A stretch of 64,000 bases of DNA from Phallusia mammillata. Lineage: Eukaryota. Positions 12,501-27,500 of this stretch are shown piece after piece. Location of the stretch: NCBI GenBank assembly GCA_965637545.1, contig OZ281497.1:30566001-30630000 (forward strand), in the 5' to 3' direction. Position 1 is the first letter of the stretch. Each line of letters begins with the position of its first letter. Position numbers and translations under genes: made by a program. Under the pieces are notes generated by a model. The model saw only the letters and a program-made list of their open reading frames with translations, made no database searches and had not been told where the DNA came from.

Positions 12501-15500
12501 AATTGGCGAGCACGACAATCTGTTGTCAAATTGGCGACAAAAACTGTTGTCAAAAGAATAAATCTCAATTCGTATCGTCCACAATATTACACTAGTTTGA
12601 CATTCTAGAAAACTGAAAATGAAAACTGTGGTTTATGAGGAGATCAAGAAACGAGCCACCGCCGTAGTCGCATGCAATTATACGAAAAGAAAGGTAAGGC
12701 TCCGACTGGCGAGACGCACTCAAACAGTGGATGAAACCAACCGAGATTTTGTATTAGCTCTTGTAACGCTTGGATACCAAGACAACAAACTAAGAAACAC
12801 CATCCTGTACACTTTTCTGCCTTCTGTGCTAACCGGACGAACGCCTTGCAGAGACTTTACCGCGCGAAAATTGCTCGAAGGAAGAACCAAGCTTCAGAGA
12901 GGCGTCGGGTCGAGCAAGTAACGCGAACGAGTTTGTTGTTAACAGTGAAAAGACGCAGTGTTAATGTTGCCCGGCTTAAACCTGAAGTTAACCTGGTCGC
13001 TGAAGAATTGAAACGCTTGACTGAGGAAAATAGACATTTGCGGCTGGAACTGAATGATTTGAGAAATGCGAGCAAACGTTTTTCCTCTTGACTGTGCTTT
13101 CATTGCAATGGCGATGGACATTTTGCAAGATAATGTAGCCAAGAGAGACAACGTTCTCCTATCAGGAGTCTGGGGTAAAGCACCGGGACACAAAAACTCA
13201 TTTGACACCAACGAGAGCATGCTGTACAAGTATGCCAATGTTAACATCAATGATATTTCTTTGTTTACACTAATCGGCACTACGCCCACTGTCAATGTGG
13301 TGTCAAGTGTAATAAACTTACATATGTCAAGATGGAGTCTTGCTGAATAATTCAAGAGCTAATATTTGTTTGATTTAGCGTCGCTTGCATCAAAACCACT
13401 GCATCTGTTTATATGTTGTCGGATGTCGTCGAGGAGTGGCCTTCATCAAACGGCCACGTCGTCAAATACGACGGTCAAGATTTTATCGAGCGCCTGAATA
13501 AATATGCAGCCAAAGAACCGTGTATTTTTTGAGAGCTACTTAACACACGTAGTGACACATGCTGTTGCGTAACCGTTGCCGTTGTGTTATCACGGAGTAT
13601 CAATGGGGCCGTATGTTATCTTTGTTACAAATTATATACCTATTCTATAACACAGGGGTCCGCAAATAGTGGGTTGCGACCCAAATTTGGGTCGCAAGAC
13701 CTTCCAGTCTGGGTCGCAAAATATTTTTAAGTTTCCAAGAATATCGCATCTATAGGCGCCGTGATTAGCAAAAAATTCAATGTGGCGGACGTAAAATATG
13801 ACGTCACTTTGTGTGACGTCACCAATGCGGGCAACCACAAGAACTCAAAAGCCCATCAAACTTTCAATAGAATGCAACGTTCGTCAAAATCAGAAAAATA
13901 CGAAATGTTTGAAATAATATTCAGCTGGCAATTGCAACATGTTGCTGTAGCGTTTATCATTGGTTTAGTAACGTTTAAAAAATGTTTCGTCAAGTTGTTG
14001 CTGCTTTATATCACCTTAGATAACAATTTATTACTACACATTTGCATTGTTCAAAGCAATGGCCGAACATTCACTGACAGACAATTGTGTGTTTGACGTC
14101 ATAAACAAGGCTCTAACCACAACAGGTTGCAGTTTTAAGCCACGTTTTGTGGTTGAATCGCCATTACGCTTGTTAAAAGGCAAAACTGTTGCTAATATTC
14201 TTGAGATTTTACGATATTTCGTACAATACCGCCACGAACTAACCAAAATTTCCACAGTGGCTGCCACCGTGCTTTACAAACCCAAGGTAGCGGCGCCACC
14301 CCACCACCGCCTACTTGGCGCCTATAATCGCATCTATAGTTTTAATGAGTGTCAGCTTTTTCAACCTCCTAATTATTATTGTATTGTTACATATGCCCAC
14401 GTAACTGTTGCATCCAGCCTTTGTAACAATCCAACCTTTGTAGCGTTTAATCCAGCCTTTGTAGCGAACATTCGGTTTGCCCAATTGATTCAGCCGAAAC
14501 GAATGATTTTACAAATATCCGTTTTAGGCTAAATAATATGTTGCGCTTCAGCCCAACCCGAATATTTTTCAATCAAAACTTTAAAGCATAAAACGTGTTT
14601 ATTGTGCCTAATCACCACACAATCTTCTAAAATATTATCAACTACTAATGAAACCTATCTTTTTGCCACTCGTAAAAAACGTCAGTTATATTATCAGCAG
14701 ACTGGCAACTATTCTTATGCAGCAACACCATGCCTGCCTGTTGATAGTAAAGCTCTATGTTACAAAAGAATAAGGAAGCATCTCTGTTGGTGTAAACAAA
14801 CGTCGTAGTAACGTAATTTCAGCTATGAAAGTGGAAATTAGAACTTATGTTAAAACGTGTATTGCATTCAGCTAAGTGCACAATCCAGTTAATCGCATAA
14901 TAAAGCTTGGCATATTGATTACACCATTAACTGGATTCTTATGCGCAGCATATATCATAGTGAACATAAATTCAGGATAAAAGTACTGCTTATATTTTTA
15001 GTAATGTAAGAAAGAGATTGAATTGTTTTGAACTGAAATAAATATCTGCCTCGGCAACATGCCCAATAGCCGCCATATTGTATAGTGTTTTTCTCAAGGA
15101 AACCACGTGCTGCAGGCTAGAAAAATAGCTTCGTGTCGTCATAGATAGTACACCGCTCTCGCGCATTATGCGCCAAAGTCCACCCTGACCAATCATTACA
15201 CCTGGACCGACCACATCGGTTGAAATTCCCCCCACACACCAGTATATACCGCGATTTTAGTAAAACAAGTCAATTTAATGTTAAAGTTTGAATAGGTGGG
15301 AGCTAAAGAAAAGGCTAACCGCCGTCATTTTAGGCTATGCTCAAATAATCCCAAAGTGTTTGAGTTTAACTCGAGGGTCGCGAAATTGGCCAATTTTAAT
15401 TAAAATCTTCGCGTGGATCAGCGGCCCTTGATTGCCGGCCAAACCAAAATGGGGACCCTGACCTCGAGCCTTCGTGTGGTTATTAGGCATGCTAGGCCGT

Positions 15501-18500
15501 GTAGAAACAATTTATTAGACGGCAAATATAAATCGGATTCATTAGAGCTGAGACATAGAGTTGCAAGGTGATACATAACCGTTTTTGTGAAACATAACCA
15601 CATATCTTAAAATATTTAATCAAGTTTTGGAACAATCATGTTACGATTATTTTCCATTAAAACGTTCTATACTATTAATCGTGCTTGCAGTATGCGAAAT
15701 ATTTTTTTGGGTCTTACGGTTATTAGTAGGGATGTACCGAATATTCGGTTTGCCGAATTTATTCGGCCGAATAGTTCATTTTTGCAAAGATTCGGTAAAT
15801 CAAATATTTTACGAGCACAAATTTAAAGCGTTAAACGTGTCTTTTCTGCTTATTAAGGGTATCACGCAATTATTCAAAAGCCCAAGCATAACCAAAATCG
15901 CTTCAATTTTTATCTTTTTCAACACATTATTGTTTTTCCCACTGTAGTAAAGAAAATTAGCAATTCTTCGGCAGGTTGCCAATCATCCTTTTTTCACCCC
16001 ATATGACTAAAATGACGACAAAACACAACCATTCTGTACTAATTGCCTGTTAGATAAACTTTTTTTTCAGTTAAACGCTTAGCGTACCACTTTGCGTGAC
16101 GTCATGAATGATTCGGTTGACTCGGTCAAATTTATTGGGCAAAACGCCGAATATTGGGTTTCGGCGAACCGAAATTTAGACGAATCGGTACATCACTAGT
16201 TATTAGTTTATCGTTTCCAAAACAAATAGTAAATCTTTGCTATAAAGCAAAAAAAAATATTTTTCGCAAGATAGAATTCAACAATATTTACCGGGTTTGT
16301 TAGCTTTTTCACTCCATCGCAGAGTTTCTCGACGCCTTCACTTTCGATCTCACATCCCCTCAGTATAAGTTGTTCCATGTTGTGAAGGCAAGGAGCCAGT
16401 GAAGCTGCTCCCGTGTTGCCGATCTTGTTGTTGGAGAGGTCGAGTGTCTTCAGCTGATTTTAATGCAACAAATATTATCACATTTATCGTAGTGACAAAT
16501 TCAAGTAAATAAAAATAAACAACACAACTTGGGACTACGCCTTGTTATAAATGCTACAACTTTTTAACACTTAATTTCTGTTAAACTTTAAATTTGGCAT
16601 TTCATCAGTTAAAGATAAAGTAAGACATGAAAACATGAAAACTAAGCTGTAGAATGTTCACACTATTTTTGTTAAAGAGAATTTACAAACCAATCCTGGC
16701 TTTTCTAGCTTAATGTAAGAAATTTATTTAGGTTAATTGCGTTGTTTAAATTCCGTGTTTAAGCGCCCTGGCCTTGCTTCTTCGATTAAATTTCTCATCC
16801 GTGTGTCGGGCGATGTGGTGTTATAGCAACACACGAGTAAAAAGTATGCGCTGCACGTTCCTTTCACTATACGTTGTTGTACGTCATGCTGAATACAAAA
16901 AAAGCTGTGCTAAAGTTGTTTGTTAGAAACAAAATGTGTGTATAAGGGACAGTGTCGCCTTCAAAAGATTTTCTAAGTAGATTGCTAATGTTTAAACACA
17001 ACATTTGCACCATCCCAAGATCTATTGAAAATTTAATCTACATTTAGCTCCGTGATTTAAGAGTTGATCTGGCTCTGAAAGAAAATTTTCATCTGATCTA
17101 TGCTACAAAAAAAAAAGAAAAGACACATCTTCAGATATGGAAGTGGAAAGTAGTACTTCTGTTAACAACGTGTGTTGCATTCAGATTATCGCATAATCCA
17201 GTTAATGTTTAAGAAAGCTATGTATATTCATTATACCAGGGCTCGGCAACCTTTTTTTGCTCTGCTCTGGATTCATATGCGTAGGATTCATATTTCATAG
17301 CGACCATGGAGTCAGGATAAAAATTTTACGTTGCTATTCTGGCACGGTCCTATGACATCGTTAATGCATTTCTATGCTGTGTCGCTGTAGCGCAGAAGTT
17401 TTCAAACTGTGCGTGGCCAAGCTCTGGTGCGTCGTTTCAATTTTCCAAGGGCGTCGCAGAATAGTTCCGTTTCGTGGATTTTTGTTGTTGTATCAATAAA
17501 CGCAAATTTAATCAAAAGTTTCCTCATTGACTTTTATTTGCTGGTGCGTCGCAAGTCCAGAAAACGTTTCGAGATGCGTCGCAGCAAAAAAAGTTTGAGA
17601 ACCACTGTTGTAGCGAATTGCCGAAGAGACATGGGCCCAGGGGGCTTAGAAGCCGGCAGTTGGGGTTAGAGTCGAGAGGTGGTTGTGTCGGGACTGTTAT
17701 ATATGTGCTGCTTGCTTTTTATTGTTTTTACACTTTTATCATTTTAATACAGTTCGATTTGAGTACTGACAGCCCGTTATTGCTACAGAACCTAAAAAGT
17801 GCGTTATAAAACTTGGCGAGCACGACAGGACTGCTGTTGTCAAAAGAATAAATCTCCATTTGTATCGTCCACAATATTACACTAGTTTGACATTCTAGAA
17901 AACTGAAAATGAAAACTGTGGCTTATGAGGAGTTCAAGAAACGAGCCACCGCCGTAGTTGCATGTAATTATACGAAGAGAAGGGTAAGCCTCCGACTGAT
18001 GGCGAGAGGCACTCAAACAGTAGATGAAACCAACCGAAATTTTGTATTAGCTCTTGTAACGCTTGGATACCAAGTATCTTAAAAGACAACAAACTGAGAA
18101 ACACCATCCTGTACACTTCTCTGCCTCCTGGCCTCCTGTGCTAACCGGCCTTGAGAACAAACGCCTCGCAAAGACCTTACCGCGCGAAAATTGCTCGAAG
18201 GAAGAACCAAGCTTCAGAGATGCGTCGGGTCGAGCAATTAACGCGAACGACTTTGTTGTTAAAAGTGAAAAGACCCAGTGTTAATGTTGCCCTTCTAAAA
18301 CCTGAAGTTAACCTGGTCCCTGAAGAGTTGAAACGCTTGCCAGAGGAAATTAAACATTGCGGCTGGAACTAAACGATTTGAGAAATGAGACCAAACGTTT
18401 CTCCTCTCGTCTGTGCTTTAACTGCAATGGCGATGGACATTTCGCAAGAAATTGCTGGCAAGAGAGACCACGTTCCCCTATCAGGGACCCGGGTTAAGCA

Positions 18501-21500
18501 CCAGGACACAATAACTCATTTAACACCAACGTGAGCAAGCTGTACAAGTATGCCAAAATGATATTTCTTGGTTTACACTAATCGGCACTACGGCTGCTGT
18601 CAGTGTGGTGTCAAGTGTAGAAAACTTACATATGTGCAGTGCAGTCTTGCCGAATAATTCGCGCTTTGCCCCAACAGTAGCCGCATTCGAATGGAAGGTT
18701 TCAAAATCACTGCATCTGTTTATATGTTGTCGGATGTCGTCGAGGAGTGGCCTTCATCAAACGGCCACGTCGTCAGATACGACAGTCAAGATTTTATCCA
18801 GCGCCCGAATAAATATATAGCCAGAGTGTCGAGTATTTTTTGAGAGCTGTTAGTGTTACTATGAGTTTTGTACTTTATGGTAGATCATAAAATAACGGAT
18901 CAAAAATGCTTTAGCATGCTGTGACGCAGCTACAGACGAATCCAGTTAAACCAATACTGTTTAGTCGCACAATCCGTTTGGTTGCATAAAGACCGTAATC
19001 CAAAACGGTAGCTCATTTGGTGATAAAATCAAATTATTTTACGAGCACAATTTAAAGCGTAAAACATATCTTTTCTGCTTCTTAAGGGTACCACGCAATC
19101 TTTCAAAAGCCCAAACATAACCAAAATCGCTTAAGTTTTTATCTTTTTCAACACATTATTGTTTTTCCCACTGTAGTAAAGAAATTACTAATTCTTCGGC
19201 ATGGTGCCAATCATGCATTTTTCAACCCCATATGACTAAAATGACGACAAAACACAACCATTCTGTACTAATTGCCTGGTAGATAAACATTTTTTCATTT
19301 AAACGCTTAGCGTACCACTTTGCGTGACGTCATGAATGATTCGGTTGATTCGGCCGAATTTATTTTGCAAAACGCCGAATATTGGGTTTCGGCGAACCGA
19401 AATCCAGACGAATCGGTACATCACTAGTTATTAGTTTATCGTTTCCAAAACAAATAGTAAATCTTTGCTATAAAGCAAAAAAATATTTTTCGCAAGATAG
19501 AATTCAACAATATTTACCGGTTTTCCTAGCTTTTTCACTCCATCGCAGAGTTTCTCCACGCCTTCACTTTCGATCCCACATCCATACAGTATAAGTTCCT
19601 CCATGTTGTGAAGGCAAGGAGCCAGCGAAGTTGCTCCAGTGTTGCCGATCTTGTTGTGGGAGAGGTCGAGTATCTTCAGCTGATTTTAATGCAACAAATA
19701 TTATCACACCCATCGTAGTGACAAATTTAAGTAACTAGAACTAAACAACACAACTTAGCCTTGTTATAAACGCTACGATTTTTTAACACCTAATTTCTGT
19801 TAAACTTTAAATTTGGCATTTTATCAATTAAAGATAAAGTAAGACATGAAAACATGAAAATTAAGCTGTAGAATGTTCACACTATTTTTGTTAAAGAGAA
19901 TTTACTAACCAATCCTGGCTTTTCTAGCTTAATGTAAGAAATTTATTTAGGTTAATTGCGTTGTTTAAATTCCGTGTTTAAGCGCCCTGGCCTTGCTTCT
20001 TCGATTAAATTTCACATCCGTGTGTCGGGCGATGTGGTGCTATAGCAACACACGAGTAAAAAGTATGCGCTGCATGTTTGTTTCACTCTACGTTGTTGTA
20101 CGTCATGCTCAATACAAAAAATCTGTGCCAAAGTTGTTTGTTAGAAACAAAATGTGTGTAGAAACAAATCTGTTCTATGCTAAAAAAAAGAAAGAAAGCA
20201 TCTCTGCCGACGTATACGAGCGCCGTAACGTAATTTCAGCCATGGAAGTGGAAAGTAGCACTTCTGTTAACAACTTGTATTGCATTCAGATTATCGCATA
20301 ATCCAGTTAATCTTCTAAGAAAGGTAGATATATTCATTATACCAGGGCTCGGCAACCTTTTTTGCTCTGCTCTGGATTCATATGCGTAGGATTCATATTT
20401 CATAGCGACCATGGAGTCAGGATAAAAATTTTACGTTTTTTTTACTGGCACCGTCCTATGACATCATTAATGCATTTCTATGCTGTGTCGCTGTAGCGCA
20501 GTAGTTTTCAAACTGTGCGTCGCAACGCTCTGGTGCGTCGTTTCAATTTTCCAAGGGGGTCGCAGAATAGTTCCGTTGTGTGGATTTTTGTTGTTGTATC
20601 AATAAACGCAACTTTAATAAAAAGTTTCCTCATTGACTTTTATTTGCTCGTGCGTCGCAAATCCAGAAAACTTTTCGAAAAGCTTCGCAGCAAAAAAAGT
20701 TTTTAGACTTTATCATTTTAATACAGTTCGATTTGAGTACTGACAGCCCGTTATTGCTACAGAACCTAAAAGGGCCGTTATAAAATTGTCCAGCACGACA
20801 AACTTTTGTCAAATTGGCGAAAAAAAACTGTTGTCAAAAGAATAAATCTCAATTCGTATCGTCCACAATATTACACTAGTTTGACATTCTAGAAAAATGA
20901 AAATGAAAACTGTGGCTTATGAGGAGTTCAAGAAACGAGCCACCGCCATAGTTGCATGCAATTATACGAAGTGAAGGGTAAGGCTCCGACTGGCGAGACG
21001 CACTCAAACAGTTGATGAAACCAACCGATTTCGTATTAGCTCTTGTAACGCATGGATACCAAGAAAACAAACTAAGAAATATCATCCTGTACACTTCTCT
21101 GCCTCCTGTGCTAACCGGACAAACGCCTTGCAGATACCTTACCGCGCGAAAATTGCTCGAAGGAAGGACCAAGCTTCAGAGATGCGTCGGGTTGAGTGAT
21201 TAACGCGAACGAGTTTGTTGTGAACAGTAGTGAAAAGACGCAGTGTTAATGTTGCCCGGCTTAAACCTGAAGTTAACCTGGTCGCTGAAGAATTGAAATG
21301 CTTTGCTGAGGAAAATAAACATTTGCGACTGGAACTAAACGGTTTGGAAATGAGAGCAAACGTTTTTCCTCTCGTCTGTGCTTTCATTGCAATGGCGATA
21401 GACATTTTGCAATAAATTGCAGGCAAGGGAGACCACGTTCTCCTATCAGGAGTCTGGGGTAAAGCACCAGGACACAAAAACCAACAAGTATGCCAATGTT

Positions 21501-24500
21501 AACATCAATGATATTTCTTTGTTTACACTAATCGGCACTTCGCCCACTGTCAGTGTGGTGTCAAGTGTAAGAAACTCACATATGTCAAGATGGAGTCTAG
21601 CCGAATCATTCAAGAGCTAATTCATGTTTGATTTAGCGTCGCTTGTATCAAAACCACTGCATCTATTTATATGTTGTCGGATGTCGTCAAGGTGGCCTTC
21701 ATCAAACGGCCACGTCGTCAGATACGACAGTCAAGATTTTATCGAGCGCCTGAATAAATATGCAGCCAAAGAACCGTGTATTTTTTGAGAGCTACTTAAC
21801 ACACGTAGTGATACATGCTGTTGCGTAACCGTTGCCGTTGTGTTATCACGGAGTATCAATGGGGCCGTATGTTATCTTTGTTACAAATTATATACCTATT
21901 CTATAACACAGGGGTCCGCAAATAGTGGGTTGCGACCCAAATTTGGGTCGCAAGACCTTCCAGTCCGGGTCGCAAAATATTTTTAAGTTTCCAAGAATAT
22001 AAGCATGGCATCCAGAGGCGCCGAGTTTTGCAAAAAAATGCAATGGGGCGGAGGTAAAATATGACGTCACTTTGTATGACGTCACCAATGCGGGCAACCA
22101 CAAGAACTCAAAAGCCCAACAAACTTTCAATAGAATGCAACGTTCGAGAAAAATACTAAATGTTTGAAATAATATTCAGCTGGCAATTGCATTATGTTGC
22201 TGTAGCGTTTATCATTGGTTTAGTAAGGTTTAAAAAATGTTTCGTCAAGTTGTTGCTGCTTTATATCACCTTAGATAACAATTTATTACTACACATTTGC
22301 ATAGTACAAAGGCCGAACATTTAATGACAGACAATTGTGTGTTTGACGTCATAAACAAGGCACTAACCACTACAGGTTGCAGTTTTAAGTCACGTTTTGT
22401 GGTTGAATCGCCATTACGCTTGTTAAAGGGCAAAATTGTTGCTAATATTCTTCAGATTTTACGATATTTCGTACGATACCGCCACGAACTAACCAAAATT
22501 TCCACGGTGGCCGCCACCGTGCTTTACAAACCCAAGGTGGCGGCGCCACCCCGCCACCGCCTACTTGGCGCCTATGATCGCATCTATAGTTTTAATGATT
22601 TTCAGCTTTTTCAACCTCCTTATTATTATTGCATTGTTACATATGACTACGTAACTGTTACATCCAGCCTTTGTAACAATGCAAAAAGTTAAGCGTACCT
22701 GTGCTAGCAGTCATGCTTTTCTGTTACCATTTTGCAGAATAAATGCGTTCGTTTACCTATTGTTTTATGTGCTTAGTTTCGCTTAATTTTGTGCAAAAAA
22801 AAACAGCAACTGACAAAAGCCCAATATCAGTCTTAGTATTGATATCTAGTTGCTTAGTATTGTCCACAAACTTACATTCTAACAAAATGCTTGGGTCGCA
22901 AGAATTTAGAGCATTTTTTGATGGTCGCGCCAAAAACTCTTTGCGGACCCCTGCTATATCACACTGTAGCTTGGTAAACGTGTTACGTATTTACTTTGAT
23001 ACCGTTCTTTGACGTCAAATTTTGCATGGCATGTGTATGTTACGTCGCTTTAACGAATTTTAAACGTGACGTGGCCCCACGAGGTTTGAAAGACGGTAGT
23101 TGGATATGAGCAGGGGTTGTGTCGCGGCTTCATAACTGTCGCTGCTTGTCTTTCATCGCTTTATATTTTACTATTTTAATAAGAGTTTGAACTGGGTACT
23201 GTCAGCCCGCTATTGCAGCAGAACCAAGAAAAGGCGTAAAACATGTTTGTTTCACTATGAGTTTTGCACTTGATGGTAGATCATAAAATGGCAGGCCAAA
23301 AATGCCTAAACATGCTATGACGCAGCTACAGACGAATCCAGTTAATCCAATACTGCTTAGTCGCACAATCCGTTTAGTTGCATAAAGACCGTCATCCAAA
23401 AGGGTAGCGCATTTGGGGATAAAATCGCCCGGTTAATCGCACACCTTTTCATAATATAATCTATATAATCGGATAGATTTTGAACAAAATATGTGACTAA
23501 CTGGAAAGTGGATTTCTATGTAAATGATTTCTCATAACACAGTAAACGTAACTCATCGGCCATGGTTTGAAAGTGTGACTTGCCGAGTGGGAGATGAGAC
23601 AGACCTCTTTATCTTTTCCTCTTCTCTATTTTCGTAACACACTTTTTTGCTTTTAAAATTTGTCAAAGAAAACCGTCGTGGGCAATAAGTCCGAACATCT
23701 GTATTAGGACAAAAACAACTATAAAAAAAGACTAAACGGTTTGTGCCATGTTGTAGAATGTGTGTGTACATTGCACATCACGACTTTGCGCTGTTTTATT
23801 TACGCCATGCTACAACAAAGGGAAAGGAAGCATCTCTGTCGACGTGAACGGGCGCCATCTCTGTCGACGTGAACGGGCGTTTTATATTTTTTTATTTGTG
23901 TTGCTGACTATTCTTGTAACACACGTGACCGATGCCACCATTACGGTCATAGTTTCAAAGAGTGACGTAATCTGTTGACCGGGAGAAGATATCGGTTTTT
24001 GTTACAACTTTTAATTTTTTTTCTTCATTTGGGTAACTTACATCTCTCACTATTTTTCGCTTCTACAAATCACCAGAGAAAAGCAACAAATCCGAACATC
24101 GGATTTAATACAAACATTAATACTTAAAATGAAATAGAATTGGCGCAGCAATTATTTACAAAGTATGGTCAAACTTTTGGCCATGTTGTAAAGTGTGCGT
24201 GCACATTGCTAAACTTTTTTAATACACAACATTGGCAAAATTCCACGACAATGAAATTGTGAAAATTTAATATCATAATTTGCGCTGTAAGAGTTGATGT
24301 GGTTCAGAGATGGAAATTTCATTTGTTTTATGCCACAAAAGAGAACGGAAGCATCTTTGTCGACGTAAAAGAGGTTAAAATGTCATTCAGCTATGGAAGT
24401 GGAAATTAGCACTTCTGTTAAAAACGTGTTCTGCATCCAGATTTTCGCATAATTCACTTATCGCACCAGTGTAGCGACCTCACTACCGTGTTTCACTTAT

Positions 24501-27500
24501 GCGCATGTCTATGTCATAGCAACCATGGATTCTAGTTGTTTGGATTCAGGCCAGATGCTTTGATACATTTTCCCGTGTTTCCCGGGGATTGTAAACTATT
24601 TTAGGCGTTTTTATTCCTAAATATTTGTGGTTTTTTGAAGGCCGGTCCGCGATAAAATTCAAAAACGGTCCGCAGTGCAAAAAAGGTTGCCGAACCCTGT
24701 GCTAAGTCACATACAACTACGGAATTTAGATCGCCAACTGCTTATAATGAACACACAATTTAACAAAAAATGCAAATAAACAGTTATGGTGTAAATTGAT
24801 TATTTAGTTTAAATTGTGTTGAGAAACAGGTCAAACTGCTTTGAGACGAAATGAATTTCAGTTATCAACATAACATCGTCTTTGCTGTTGCGTCACTAAT
24901 GCCCAGTAAACATATTTTATTTTTATTATGTTTTTTAATTTACCGAAGTTACGCTACAATTGTTTTGATGTCAAATTCTGCTTTAAGGTGTTTTGCGTTT
25001 ATGTTAATATTAATTAACACCACAATAAAGTTTCAACAAAGACAGAACTGCTGGGTCTTCTACCTTTTTTGTGTTGTGTGAAATTTTACTTTTGATTATT
25101 GCGACCACATTAACTTTACAGTTGATTTAATTGTGACGACAGATTTGAATGCTGTCGCAACAAAGGTATATTAGAGTGACAATCATCACCTGTAATATTT
25201 AAAAATCTTTCGCACCCAGAGCAACGATTTTAAAGCACCGGTTGTCAGTATAAAGATATCTGCAAAGAACAATTACATGCTTATAAAAATGCATTTTTTA
25301 AGATTAAATGAGGTTGAAATAAACCGGTTGCACCGTTTGTAATTATATAAAATCTTGTATATTACTTAAATCGAAATTCAACATTTTTTACCGGCTTTGT
25401 TAGCTTTTTCACTCCATCGCAGAGTTTCTCGACACCTTCACTTCCGATCCCACATCCCCACAGTATAAGTTGTTCCATATTTTGAAGGCAAGGAGCCAGC
25501 GAAACTGCTCCCGTGTTGCCGATCTTGTTGTAGGAGAGGTCGAGTCTCTTCAGCTGATTTTAATACAACAAATATCATCATGTTTATCGTAGTGACGAAT
25601 GCTAGTAAATCAAAATAGACAAACCAACACAAATTCTGATTACGCCTTGTTATAAATGCTGCGACTTTTCATTGACGGATTTAATTAAAACCTGCCATCA
25701 GATTTTTGTTTTTTCTGAAGCTTGTGCTTTGCCAAACATTCCTTATATCGTTGAAGCATATTGTTATATTTTTTCATTTTGCAAACCCGCCAAAATCGTT
25801 GCTCTTATGAAAATACACCTAAAGCGAGCGTTCGCTGTTTATTTTGTGAAGATCAAAAACAGAATGATTCCCAACGCGCGACAAACATGAAAGACACAAT
25901 TAAGACGCTTCGCCAGTCGCGGGCCTGTAGAGACGCCACACAACTTCCCCCAGAAGTTGGATAAGCACAAATATAACGATACTTATATTTCCCACAGCAC
26001 AAACTTCCGCGAGGTTTATATGCGTAGTGTGAGTTGTGATTTGCTATTTTACAATTCGTAATTTAAGTTGATGTTGTCGACAAATAAAAGACGACACAAA
26101 GACAAAATCCAATGAACTAAGCTGGTCAACCAAAACTTGCCCCGTGTTTTATTTTTTGATTTTTTCAATTATTTTTATGTTTATTTTACATTGGTTTAAT
26201 TTCTTTGTACTTTTGGTTATTTATGCTTTTGTCATTCATATCTTATTGTACTAATAACATGATTTTCCTGCTAGGTTTCTTTTCCCGTCAAACCCCACCT
26301 TCTTTCCCTAATACGGGTGGCTGGCATATAGTGCCCACTCAACTGGTCCCACCAAGTTTCCTCCACTATTTAACGTTGTGCGCAAAATTGTATGTTTTTC
26401 GGGCCCGCCTTTCCACTTGTTTATATTTACCCTTATATTTATATGATATATACAGCGATGTTTACTTCTCAGCCTGTAACGACCCCATTATATACTGAAA
26501 CATGTAACCATCAATTTCAGCCAGCCAAACGCACAAGTAAAGTTTTTACCCGACATGCGTGCTTGGTAATGATTGGATATTAGTCATGTGACATTTTATT
26601 GAATTTCCTTTTATAAATGGTTGTAAACGTGGTGATATAGAGTGTCGCAGTTGTGCTGTTTATAAACGTTGAAGTTACGCAGTTTTGCCTTGATTTTAAT
26701 TGTTTAGATATGCATAAGGTTGTTTACAGTTGAAACCCTGTTTGTTGTGACCATCTCACCGCTTTCTCGTTGCCAACAATAGCCGCATTCGAATACAAAG
26801 GCTAATAAATGTTTATGTTAGCGTTGCTGATATCAAAACCTCGGCTTCTGTTTATGTGTCGTTGGATGTGGTCGAGAAGTGTATTTTGTAACACTGTGTG
26901 GTTAAATACAAGTTGATGACGCGCCCCGGAAATGATGGGACAGTGCCCTTGTTACCCAAACCATGGATTTTACTGATTCCTCACTAGTGATCGAGAGAAA
27001 CATCGAAGCGTGTTTAACGATATTGCAGTAAGTCGCAAACAAACAGTGTTTGGGGAATGATGAACACCAAATGCTGCTTAGCAAACTACGTTTTTCCAGA
27101 TGTCATTGCAAAAACAAGAAAATGACGCAATCTAACAAGTACTTGCAAAACACTGTGTTTCGTTTGCAGTTGCATCAGATTGTCTTGTCTTTTTTTAAAC
27201 TCCACTTAATATAGATACTGGACAATCGGCTACTATTCTACAACACCCTTGGCGAACGGCCACATCGTCAGACATGACAGCCAGAATTTTATCCAGCGCC
27301 CGAATAGATATGCAACCAAGGACGGAGTTTAAGCGCAATAAATTGGTGCTGTGTCTTGACACATGTATGATATATGCTTTTACATAATATCGTGTTGTTT
27401 GTTTCATTTTAGTTCTCCGCAGACGAATCCAGTTAATCCAATACTGGGTAATCGCCCAATCCGTTTAATTGCATACAGATGGTGAATCCTAAACTGTAGC

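Larger units (their letters stand above)
2150..23950. repeat. Distal tandem duplicon array (about 3-5.5 kb units) carrying LRR exons 5-8
   Basis: The same order of intron blocks, MITEs, LTR and gag remnants recurs around each exon. Confidence 0.85.
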
